Shown piece by piece: positions 1 through 8,060 of a DNA stretch of 64,000 bases (the stretch's first letter is position 1; every line of letters starts with the position of its first letter). The notes beneath the pieces are model-generated. The model was given only the letters and a program-made list of their open reading frames with translations, was not told where the DNA came from and searched no databases. The DNA lies in IMG/VR virus record IMGVR_UViG_2767802019_000001, positions 7,528 to 71,527 of that record; one strand, written 5' to 3'. The position numbers were made by a program, and so were the translations under genes. The DNA comes from a virus (taxonomy: Duplodnaviria; Caudoviricetes).

Positions 1-5
1 GGCCG

Positions 6-410
6 ATGCCGCCGAAGAAGAGACACTGCAAGGACTGCCCGGAGGGCAGCAAACGGCCGGCTCCGTACCCGGGCCCCCGCTGCGCGACGTGCAGCCGGGC
101 GGTGAAGAAGCGGCGTAAGGAGACGGCGCACGAGCTGGCCGTGCAGAACACCTACGGCCTGGCGCCCGGCGACTACGACAAGCTGTACCGCCTCCAGGGC
201 GGGCGCTGCGCGATCTGCCGCCGCGCTACCGGGGCGACGCGCCGCCTCAGCGTCGACCACGACCACGCCAGCGGCGCGGTGCGCGGGCTGCTCTGCCGCC
301 CCTGCAACTCGATGCTGGGCCACGCCCGCGATGACATCGAGTTCTTTCAGCGGGCCATCGCCTACCTGATCCTTCCGCCCGCATGCCGCCTGAAAGGCAG
401 TGAGACGTGA
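6..410 (+). CDS. Recombination endonuclease VII (Holliday junction resolvase family)
   Basis: Q-GGRCAICRR...LSVDHDHASGAVRGLLCRPCNSMLG is the Endo VII His-Me finger signature. Confidence 0.9.
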   Translation: MPPKKRHCKDCPEGSKRPAPYPGPRCATCSRAVKKRRKETAHELAVQNTYGLAPGDYDKLYRLQGGRCAICRRATGATRRLSVDHDHASGAVRGLLCRPCNSMLGHARDDIEFFQRAIAYLILPPACRLKGSET

Positions 411-497
411 TTCCCCAGTTCGAGATAGGAGCGACCGGGGCGGGCTGCTTCTGGCTGTGCGTCCTGGTGTGGGCCTGGCTCCAGAAGGAGGGCCGCC

Positions 498-2381
498 GTG
501 GCCGATAAATATCACTGCATCTCCTGCCACAAGAACGTGACTGCGACGACGGACAGGCACTACCGCAAGCATGACCGCGAGAAGGGGGCAGAGTGCTCGC
601 GCTCGAAGCGCGATATCCCGGCGTGGCTGATCCGGCGGGGCCCCGAGACAGGACCGGAGGACGACCGGCCGGTGATCGGGCGTGACTACGCGCCGTGCCC
701 CGCGTGCCCCGGCTCGCCCGTACTGGACGGCGCGACGGGCCGCTTCACCGACCACATGCGCGAGGGCGAGACGCCGACGTCGGCGCGCGTCCCTTGCCCC
801 ATGTCCGGCAAGCCGTACGAGAGCGGGGAAGAGGAATGCCCGACGGTGAAGGAGTCCCTCACATCGGACCAGAACCGGACTGCGCCTACTGCCCGCCTGG
901 GCGGTGCGACGAATGCCCAGCCGACTGCCGACAGTGCGGCCCCCAACGAGTCCGAGGAGATGATCAGCAAGTGGGCAGAGGCAGCCGCAAGGGCGATCGA
1001 GAACCGGGAACTCCCTCCGCCCCCGCCCTCCCCGGAGTCGACGACTACGCCGAAGGGCTCGCCGCCGCGGCCGGACGCACCCGAGGTGCCGCCTTCGAGC
1101 CCCTCGGCTCCTGCGACGAGCCCAACTGGTGCGGACTCGCCGGATGGTGCTGGTGCCGCGGGGGCGAGCCAGCAGGGGAGACCGTGCCATATCGCGAAGG
1201 ATCACGGGCCGCACCTGTGGATGCACGAGAGGCGGCGGGCGCAGTGCCCGGGGAAGACGACGACGAGCCCTGCTGCCTCAGTTCCCATGACGGGGTCTAC
1301 GGAGAATGCGACCGCCTCGAAGCCGACCGGCGACGAGCCGTCGCCGCTGGGCGTCGCGGCGGTGACGAGGCTTTCCCGGAAGAGTGCCCCCATCCCGGAC
1401 AGCACGCCTGCGGACAGTGCAGCCCCGGCACCTGCGGGTGTCCCGGTCGCGTCGTCGTCCGGTGCCCCCACGCCGACACCGGATGCGGCACCTTCGACGG
1501 ATGCGACCCCGAAGACCCCAGCCGCTGCGCCGCCTTCGAGTAGCCCGTTCGTCCAGCCGGGCAGCCCGTTCAGCCAGCCGGGGAAGGCGCCCGCGGCAGA
1601 GCCTGCGGTGCCGATGACGGTGATGGCTGAACGGCTTGTGGCCAGGATGCGGGAGGTCTTCTACAGCTACGGCAACCGGAAGACCGACGACAACCGATCG
1701 GCACAGACGACGCTGGGTCCCAGCGAGATCGGCAGCCCCTGCGACAGGCGCCTTGCCATGTCGCTGCTGCGGATACCGCCGGTCAATCCCGGCATGGACG
1801 GCTGGGCCGCCTTCAAGGGCACGGCCATCCACAGAGAGCTGGCCGAGGTGTTCACGTGGGCGAGCGGCAATACAGGCCGCTTCGCTGTCGAGGTGCCGCT
1901 CACGTTCCCGAGCGACCTCGTGCCGCGCGGCACGACGGACCTGCTCGACCGCGTCCTGTTCATGGTTGATGACCACAAGATCCAGGGGAAGTGGTCACAG
2001 ACCAAGCTGCGCACGGAAGGCATGACGCCCACGCAGCGAACGCAGCTGCACGTGTACGGATTCGGCGCGAGGCTGCAAGGCGAGCGCGTCGACTTCGTGG
2101 CGCTGCTCTCGTGGCCGATGGAGTCATCAACGCTGGACGACATGTACGCGGTCGTCGAGCCGTACGACCCGCAGATAGCGCGCGATGCGCTGGCGCGGGT
2201 GGACCGGATCGCGGACCGCATACAGGAGATCCAGGCGCCTGCCGCTGTCGCCGGAATTCAGGGGCCGTCCTTCCTTCAGCAGGTCAGACAATTCCCCATC
2301 GATCCCGAGTCGTGTCGCTTCTGTCCGTTCTACGCACCCGGCGACGCCCTAATGGAAAGGGGATGCAATGGCCGACAGTGA
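498..2381 (+). CDS. Cas4-like PD-(D/E)xK exonuclease with N-terminal Cys/His motifs and long Pro/Ala linker
   Basis: PSEIGSPCDRR, GTAIH, GTTDLLD..VDDHKI, QLHVYG, CRFCPFY..C in the C-terminal ~250 aa. Confidence 0.8.
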   Translation: MADKYHCISCHKNVTATTDRHYRKHDREKGAECSRSKRDIPAWLIRRGPETGPEDDRPVIGRDYAPCPACPGSPVLDGATGRFTDHMREGETPTSARVPCPMSGKPYESGEEECPTVKESLTSDQNRTAPTARLGGATNAQPTADSAAPNESEEMISKWAEAAARAIENRELPPPPPSPESTTTPKGSPPRPDAPEVPPSSPSAPATSPTGADSPDGAGAAGASQQGRPCHIAKDHGPHLWMHERRRAQCPGKTTTSPAASVPMTGSTENATASKPTGDEPSPLGVAAVTRLSRKSAPIPDSTPADSAAPAPAGVPVASSSGAPTPTPDAAPSTDATPKTPAAAPPSSSPFVQPGSPFSQPGKAPAAEPAVPMTVMAERLVARMREVFYSYGNRKTDDNRSAQTTLGPSEIGSPCDRRLAMSLLRIPPVNPGMDGWAAFKGTAIHRELAEVFTWASGNTGRFAVEVPLTFPSDLVPRGTTDLLDRVLFMVDDHKIQGKWSQTKLRTEGMTPTQRTQLHVYGFGARLQGERVDFVALLSWPMESSTLDDMYAVVEPYDPQIARDALARVDRIADRIQEIQAPAAVAGIQGPSFLQQVRQFPIDPESCRFCPFYAPGDALMERGCNGRQ

Positions 2382-2562
2382 CCCCGCCGTGCAGTGGTGG
2401 GAGAACGACCCGAGAAGTCCGGGGAATCTGGAACGCACCGATATCCAGCACTGGAGACTGGACGCCGTCTATCCGGAACTCACACACGCTATAGCGGTCG
2501 GATATTTTAGCCCCGACTGCGGCGATTACGCCCGCCCGATGTTCGAGGTGCTGCCCCAATAG
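2368..2562 (+). CDS. Small hypothetical phage protein
   Basis: Fills the gap in the operon, overlaps upstream stop. Confidence 0.45.
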   Translation: MADSDPAVQWWENDPRSPGNLERTDIQHWRLDAVYPELTHAIAVGYFSPDCGDYARPMFEVLPQ

Positions 2563-2574
2563 GAGGTGACAGAT

Positions 2575-2769
2575 ATGGAACTCGACTACGAGAAGCTGCT
2601 CACCCCTTCCGAGGTGGCTGAGATCTTCCGCGTGGACACGAAGACGGTAGCCCGCTGGGCAGATGCGGGAAAGCTGACGTCGGTCCGCACGCTTGGCGGG
2701 CACCGCCGCTACCGCGACTCGGAGGTGCGGGCCGCGTACGAATCCGCACCGGGAAAGCAGGCCGCATGA
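2575..2769 (+). CDS. bldC: BldC-like MerR-type HTH protein
   Basis: LLTPSEVAEIFRVDTKTVARWADAGKLTSVRTLGGHRRYRDSEVRA closely matches the BldC core as recalled; AGGAGG RBS at 2561-2566. Confidence 0.88.
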   Translation: MELDYEKLLTPSEVAEIFRVDTKTVARWADAGKLTSVRTLGGHRRYRDSEVRAAYESAPGKQAA

Positions 2770-2907
2770 GGCTGCTCCGCGCACTGGTGCACCGCCTCTT
2801 CCCGCGCCTGCACTGGTGGGCAGAGGCGGCGCGCGGTCCGCTGCGCTGGATATGCGCCGGCTGCGGCGCACGGACTTACGAACTCCCGTGAGGGCGGTGG
2901 TGATCCC

Positions 2908-3111
2908 ATGACCCAGCTCAGCATCAACATCAACGACGACACTGAAGCAAAGCTTCCCTGGTACGCGGGACGTAAGGGGACCTCGGTCACCGAGACCGTT
3001 CGTCGCGCCGTTGCCCTGCTCGAACTTGTCGAGCGGGAAACCGCTGAAGGGGGAGAGGTTCTTCTGAAATCGAAGGACGGAAAGTCCGTACGCGAACTCT
3101 GGCTGGCCTGA
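2908..3111 (+). CDS. Ribbon-helix-helix (CopG-like) DNA-binding protein
   Basis: MTQLSINI beta strand then helices ..GTSVTETVRRAVALL. Confidence 0.7.
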   Translation: MTQLSININDDTEAKLPWYAGRKGTSVTETVRRAVALLELVERETAEGGEVLLKSKDGKSVRELWLA

Positions 3112-3158
3112 CTCGGCAGCCGTCCACATCTCACTCACCCGAAACGAAAGAAGGCCAA

Positions 3159-3974
3159 GTGACAACCCCTAACCCCTTCGCGCAGCCTGACAAGGGCGAC
3201 CGGTTCACGCCGCGCGACCACCCCGAATGGCTGGGCAAGCTGTTCATCATCTACCCGGACAGCGTCAACCAGCATCAGGGCACTGACGACAAGGGCCAGC
3301 CGCAGATGTACGAGGCGGTCGAGGCCGATGTCGCGATTGTCGACCTGCCCAATCCCGAAACGGGGCAGCCGACGACGCTGACCAATGCACGCATCGCGGG
3401 CAAGGGCCTGGTCCCGCAGATCAGGAAGCACTGCGGTGGCGGCATGGTCTTGGGGCGCCTGTCCCAGTCGCCGCCGAACGGCCGGAACTCTGGCGCCTAC
3501 TTCCTCGCGGAGTACACCGACGCCGACGTCCAATTGGCGACGCAGTACATCAACGCCCACCCGCGCAACGCCTTCACTCAGCCGACCGCGCAGCAGGCGC
3601 CTGCGCCCGCCCCGGCGCAGCAGCAGGCGTGGGGGCAGCAGCCGCAGAACGTGCCGGGCTACGGCGGTCCGCAGGCGCAGCCGCAGTACGCCTCGCAGCA
3701 GCTGCCGTACGACCCGTGGCAGGGCACGCCGGGGGCGGCAGCGCCGCAGCCTCAGGCGGCCCCGGCGGGCCCTCCGCCGGGGCAGTGGCAGCCCCCTGCC
3801 GCTTCGCCGCAGGCAGCCCCTGCCCAGACCGCCCCTGCCTCAGCATCTGCCGCCCTTGACCCGGCGCTGGTCGCGTTCCTCCAGTCGAAGGGCGTCAACC
3901 CCGAGGGGATGACACCCGAGCAGGCAACGATGATCGCGAACACTCTCCAGACGCAGGAGCGGCCGCCCTTCTAG
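3159..3974 (+). CDS. Putative single-stranded DNA-binding protein
   Basis: Globular N-terminal ~140 aa, Gln/Pro/Ala linker, C-terminal PPF tail as in SSBs; located in recombination module. Confidence 0.6.
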   Translation: MTTPNPFAQPDKGDRFTPRDHPEWLGKLFIIYPDSVNQHQGTDDKGQPQMYEAVEADVAIVDLPNPETGQPTTLTNARIAGKGLVPQIRKHCGGGMVLGRLSQSPPNGRNSGAYFLAEYTDADVQLATQYINAHPRNAFTQPTAQQAPAPAPAQQQAWGQQPQNVPGYGGPQAQPQYASQQLPYDPWQGTPGAAAPQPQAAPAGPPPGQWQPPAASPQAAPAQTAPASASAALDPALVAFLQSKGVNPEGMTPEQATMIANTLQTQERPPF

Positions 3975-3994
3975 TACCACCGCACCACCACGAC

Positions 3995-4024
3995 GGACGC
4001 ACCCGATGGGTCGCGTCCTTTTTT
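3995..4024 (+). terminator. Intrinsic terminator
   Basis: GGACGCACCC-GAT-GGGTCGCGTCC stem followed by TTTTTT. Confidence 0.75.
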
Positions 4025-4150
4025 CATGTCCGGCACCGGGGGCCCGTCCAGATGCGGGCCCCTTCGTCATGCGGGCAGGGACGGGCATCCGACGCCTTCG
4101 CGTCCCGCCCCTGTCCGCTTGATGAAGCACCCACCCGCGAGAGGAATCAC

Positions 4151-4729
4151 ATGCTCAGCATGACCAAGAACGCAGGACCCGAGGCTCTGACCGGTATTGC
4201 GGTGCTGCAAGCCGGGGTCGCCTGGAAGACGTCGGGCGGCGGGCAGAAGGGGTGGCGCGGCAAGCTGAAGCGCGCTCAGGGCACCGACCTGGATCTCGCC
4301 TGTGTCGCTCTGTCCGAGGGCCGCGCGGTGCGTATGTGCTGGTTCGACAATGAGGACGCCTTCGACAACGGCTCTCTGGTCACCACCGGCGACAACACAT
4401 CCGGCAAGGGCGACGGCGACGACGAAACGGTCATCGCCCGCCTGGACCAGGTGCCGCCCGGCATCGACGCCCTCGTGTTCATCGTGTCCGCCTACAAGGA
4501 GGGCGTGTCCTTCTCGAACGTCGAGGGGATCACGCTCAACGTCTACGACGGCGGCCCCGGCGGCAAGCTGCTCGGCCAGTACTGGCCGGACATCGACAGC
4601 CGCAACAACGCGTGCGTCATGGCGAAGGCGAGGCGGGGAGCGGACGGCTGGACGATCGAGGTCGTGAATGAGATGGGCAACGCCCGCTCCCGCGACGCCC
4701 TGCTTCAGCTCGCGAAGCAGTACGCGTGA
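4151..4729 (+). CDS. TerD-family (TerD/TerZ-like) protein
   Basis: DLDLAC and GDNTSGKGDGDDETV acidic Ca-binding-type motif; GAGGA RBS at 4141. Confidence 0.88.
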   Translation: MLSMTKNAGPEALTGIAVLQAGVAWKTSGGGQKGWRGKLKRAQGTDLDLACVALSEGRAVRMCWFDNEDAFDNGSLVTTGDNTSGKGDGDDETVIARLDQVPPGIDALVFIVSAYKEGVSFSNVEGITLNVYDGGPGGKLLGQYWPDIDSRNNACVMAKARRGADGWTIEVVNEMGNARSRDALLQLAKQYA

Positions 4730-4968
4730 TGCGCCGCCTGCTCGTGGCGGCCTCGGCCGTCTGTGCGCTCGCCCTGACCGGCTGCGGTCCCAAGCCCGGC
4801 CCCGCCGGAACGGTCATCGACAAGGACCGCACCTACCAGTCGAAGCGGTGGAAGTACGAGCTGACAACCCGCGACAAGGCGGGCAAGGAACACGAGTTCC
4901 GGGTGTCCCGCAGCGACTACAAGGACTGCGTGCGCGGCGCCCGCTACCCGAAGTGCGCCAAGGACTGA
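4726..4968 (+). CDS. Small lipoprotein
   Basis: MRRLLVAASAVCALALTG-C lipobox. Confidence 0.7.
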   Translation: MMRRLLVAASAVCALALTGCGPKPGPAGTVIDKDRTYQSKRWKYELTTRDKAGKEHEFRVSRSDYKDCVRGARYPKCAKD

Positions 4969-5021
4969 CCCATCCGAGGGGCTCCGGAAGCGGGGCCCCT
5001 CCTCGCGTGAACGGAGATGCG

Positions 5022-5138
5022 ATGGATTCCGAAAAGGCGTACGCCGTTGTCGTCGTCGTGTTCGCCGTCGTCGGCAGCCTGGTCATGCTGGCGGTCGGGT
5101 TCGGCCTGGCCGTCTGGCTCTGGCAGCACGCCCTGTAG
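5022..5138 (+). CDS. Small membrane protein (38 aa)
   Basis: Single hydrophobic helix, GGAG RBS, abuts prim-pol start. Confidence 0.55.
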   Translation: MDSEKAYAVVVVVFAVVGSLVMLAVGFGLAVWLWQHAL

Positions 5139-6053
5139 ATGACAGAGAACCTGATCGCCCACGCAATTGCTGCGGTGCAGCGGGGCTGGCACGTATTCCC
5201 CTGCAATTCCGCCGGGACCCGCTGCCCCCAGTCCGGTGACGTCATCGACAAGCAGCCGCACCTGATCGTGCCGGACAAGCCGTACAAGATCCGGTGGGGG
5301 GAGTGGGCCACCACCGACCTGGACCGCGTGATCGAGGCCTGGACGTACGCGCCGTCCGCCAACGTCGCGATCGCCTGCGCACCTTCGGGGCTGCTGGTTG
5401 TCGACTGCGACATCTGCAAGGGACCCGGCCAGCTGGAGGGCACACCGTACGCGGCGCTGCACGAGAAGCTCGGTCCGCTGGTCGACGGCACCGACGTGCT
5501 GCGCCACCTGTGCGAGCTGTACGGCGGCGACTGGGACGACCTGATGGACACCTACCGGGTGCAGACCGGACGGCTGGGACTGCACCTGTACTTCCGGTGG
5601 CCGCCGGGCCTCACCGCGTCGCAGGCCTCGCCCGTCAAGGGCCTGGTCGACGTGCGCGGCAACGGCGGGGAGCGCGGCGGCTACGTGCTCGCGGCCGGCT
5701 CGCGCACCACGTCCGGCCCCTACATCGCGGAGAACGACGCGCCCGTGCGCGACGCCCCGCCCTGGCTGGTCGAGTTGTGCCGCGAGAAGCCCCGCCCCGC
5801 GCGAGCGCTGTTCGCGCAGCCGCGCAGGACGGGCAACCGGTCCGGGCTGATCGACATGGTGCGCAACGCGCCGCCCGGCAACCGGTCCAACGCCCTGTTC
5901 TACGCGGCCCGCTGCTACTGCTCCGACGGCGTCGCCATCGAGACGGCCATCGGCGAACTCGCGGAGGCGTACACCGGCCGCGGCGGACACCGCCAGGCGG
6001 CAGCGTCCGTCAGATCTGCCTATCGAAATCAATCACGCAAAGAAGGGCTCTGA
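5139..6053 (+). CDS. Bifunctional DNA primase/polymerase (prim-pol) with C-terminal PriCT-like domain
   Basis: RGWHVFPC, ANVAIAC..GLLVVDCD, QTGRLGLHLYF, VDVRG..GGYVLAAGS, GNRSNALFYAA. Confidence 0.88.
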   Translation: MTENLIAHAIAAVQRGWHVFPCNSAGTRCPQSGDVIDKQPHLIVPDKPYKIRWGEWATTDLDRVIEAWTYAPSANVAIACAPSGLLVVDCDICKGPGQLEGTPYAALHEKLGPLVDGTDVLRHLCELYGGDWDDLMDTYRVQTGRLGLHLYFRWPPGLTASQASPVKGLVDVRGNGGERGGYVLAAGSRTTSGPYIAENDAPVRDAPPWLVELCREKPRPARALFAQPRRTGNRSGLIDMVRNAPPGNRSNALFYAARCYCSDGVAIETAIGELAEAYTGRGGHRQAAASVRSAYRNQSRKEGL

Positions 6054-6055
6054 CC

Positions 6056-6205
6056 ATGTGGGAATTCGTTCTGCTGCTGTTCGCCGTCATTTGTCTCGGA
6101 CTGGCGGCGCTCAACGTCCCTGCCTCGCGCGTATCGCTCGGCTGGCTGGGGCTGTTCTTCTTCGTGCTCGTTCCGTTCATCCACGAACTGGAGAAGCTGC
6201 GATGA
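6056..6205 (+). CDS. Small two-TM membrane protein
   Basis: MWEFVLLLFAVICLGLAALNVPASRVSLGWLGLFFFVL. Confidence 0.6.
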   Translation: MWEFVLLLFAVICLGLAALNVPASRVSLGWLGLFFFVLVPFIHELEKLR

Positions 6206-6657
6206 GCACGTCCACGAACGGCATCCTCGTCTACGGATACGACCTCGCCGGAGGCGACGCGGAATGGAAGGTACGCGAGGTCGGCGAGTACGGAGAGCTG
6301 AAGCTCGACTGGCTGGACGATGAGAACGATGACTTCTGGACGGCGGCAGAGAAGCGCCTGCTGGCCGCTGCCGGATTCACGGAGACCGACTACACGGCTG
6401 ACGGCTACTTCAAACGCGAGCGTGAAGCGAAGGGCTGCACCGGAGTTGAGATCGAGTCGTACTGTTCCGGCGACTACCCGATGTATCTGCTCGCCGCGAA
6501 GGGCTCGGTCACGACGGCGTACCGGGGCGACTGCGAGCAGGTCGACTTCACCGTCAATCCCGAATGGGACGCCAAGCTGCGCGCCGCCCTGGAAGTCCTC
6601 GGCATGACGCCGACGCAGGAGCGGGCGCAGTGGCTGCTCTGCTCGTGCTGGGGGTAG
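6202..6657 (+). CDS. Hypothetical phage protein
   Basis: ATGA coupling, normal codon bias. Confidence 0.65.
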   Translation: MSTSTNGILVYGYDLAGGDAEWKVREVGEYGELKLDWLDDENDDFWTAAEKRLLAAAGFTETDYTADGYFKREREAKGCTGVEIESYCSGDYPMYLLAAKGSVTTAYRGDCEQVDFTVNPEWDAKLRAALEVLGMTPTQERAQWLLCSCWG

Positions 6658-6660
6658 CCG

Positions 6661-7083
6661 ATGCCCCGCCCCGTCATCACGTGCGCCCACTGCGGCAAGG
6701 AGGCCGTGCACAAGGCGCGCGGCTGGTGCAAGAGCTGCTACCGCCGCTGGCTCTACTGCGGTAAGCCTCCGGACGGCCTGCCGCCCCGGCGCGTGATCCC
6801 GTGTGGCACGACGCGCGGATGGGAGAAGCACAAGCGCGACCGCACACCGCCCTGTCACGCCTGCCGTACGGCGCACAACAAGCAGGTGCGCGGGCACAGG
6901 AAGAAGACGGGCAAGGAGCGGTACTACAGCGAATGGACCGATGAGGCCGACTGGACCGGAGGGCAGCAGCGCGCCGCAGAGCGTGCCGAGAATGCATCAA
7001 CAGGCCCGGACGATTACCGCCTCCTGCTCGAAGCGCTCGGACTCGCACAGTTCTCGGCACAGCAGGAGCGGGACAGCGCCTGA
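6661..7083 (+). CDS. Cys/His-rich Zn-binding phage protein
   Basis: CAHC, CKSC, CGT..HKR..PCHAC motifs. Confidence 0.6.
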   Translation: MPRPVITCAHCGKEAVHKARGWCKSCYRRWLYCGKPPDGLPPRRVIPCGTTRGWEKHKRDRTPPCHACRTAHNKQVRGHRKKTGKERYYSEWTDEADWTGGQQRAAERAENASTGPDDYRLLLEALGLAQFSAQQERDSA

Positions 7084-7250
7084 CCCCACCTGCAAGCCGC
7101 ACCACACCAGGGGTGTCGCAGCCTGGCGGATACCCGACACCGCTTGCGCCCGCTGAAGCGGCGGGCGTAGAGCGGAGCACATCAACCCGCGCACCCCGGC
7201 CAGCGATTGGCGTCGCCGACCGGGGCACTTGACCAGGAGAGCTGACCTCC

Positions 7251-8060
7251 ATGGCCCGCAAGAAAGGTAGCGCCGCACCCCCTGCGGCGATCAAGAGTTC
7301 TGACAGGTTTCCCGTTTCCTCTTCTGACGCCTCGCGCGTCCTGACCCTGCTCGCCGTCATCGCGGCCGTAGCCACCATCGCCCTCACCGGCGGCGCCTTC
7401 TGGCTTTCGTACGAACACCTGCATGACGTCGCCGCGGCCCAGGGGCTTCAGCACTCGCCCGCCAGGGCGTGGGCATGGCCCGGCACCGTCGACATGTTCA
7501 TCGTCGTCGGCGAGGTACTGATCCTGCGCGCCTCGCTGATGCGGCGCATCGACTGGTGGGCCATCGCGCTCGCCGTCGCCGGATCGCTCGGCTCCATCGC
7601 ACTGAACGTCGCGGGCGTCGGCACCGGAGCCGAACCGATGGACTACGTGGTGGCCGCAGTGCCGCCCGTCGCCGCGCTGCTCGCCTTCGGCGCGCTCATG
7701 CGCCAAGTCCACGAAGCCATTGCGCGGCGCGTCGCAACGCCCGGCGTTGCAGTGCCACGCACCCCCGTTGCAGCCATCTGCGCGGCACCCCTGCGCCCCG
7801 TCTTCCGGTGGGCCGACGCGGTTCCTGCGGGGGTGCGGCTGCTGCCGCTCGTGGCGGCGGGCGCAACGCCCGTGGCGGTGCCGTCGCAGGGGCGTGGCGA
7901 GATGCTGACGACCAGTGAGGTCGCGGAGCGGCTGAACGTCAGCCCAAACACGGTCCGGTCCTACAAGCACCGCGGCACCCTGACCCCCGTTGCAGCCGAC
8001 CCCGGGGGCGGGCACCTCTTCGACGCCCGGGATGTGGAGAAGCTGCGGGGTGCGCCGTGA
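7251..8060 (+). CDS. DUF2637/SpdA-like membrane protein with C-terminal MerR-like HTH
   Basis: GAFWLSYEHLHDVA..AWAWPGTVD..SIALNV..AAVPPVA pattern, four TM segments; LTTSEVAERLNVSPNTVRSY HTH. Confidence 0.8.
   Translation: MARKKGSAAPPAAIKSSDRFPVSSSDASRVLTLLAVIAAVATIALTGGAFWLSYEHLHDVAAAQGLQHSPARAWAWPGTVDMFIVVGEVLILRASLMRRIDWWAIALAVAGSLGSIALNVAGVGTGAEPMDYVVAAVPPVAALLAFGALMRQVHEAIARRVATPGVAVPRTPVAAICAAPLRPVFRWADAVPAGVRLLPLVAAGATPVAVPSQGRGEMLTTSEVAERLNVSPNTVRSYKHRGTLTPVAADPGGGHLFDARDVEKLRGAP
7733..7994. repeat. Cluster 1 of SCGTTGCR 8-mers (candidate TraB recognition sequences)
   Basis: Copies at 7733(rev), 7744, 7765, 7862(rev), 7987. Confidence 0.7.

Noticed and set aside
1000-1620. Tandem-repeat or VNTR locus
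   Set aside because: Low-complexity Pro/Ala/Ser/Thr linker without a fixed-period nucleotide repeat
498-2381. Possible CRISPR-Cas system suggested by the Cas4-like gene
   Set aside because: No repeat-spacer array or other cas genes seen; solo Cas4-like nucleases are normal phage recombination genes
7084-7250. tRNA or known ncRNA in the hairpin-rich leader of the transfer module
   Set aside because: No cloverleaf with D and T arm consensus; no tRNA or rRNA recognised anywhere in the window
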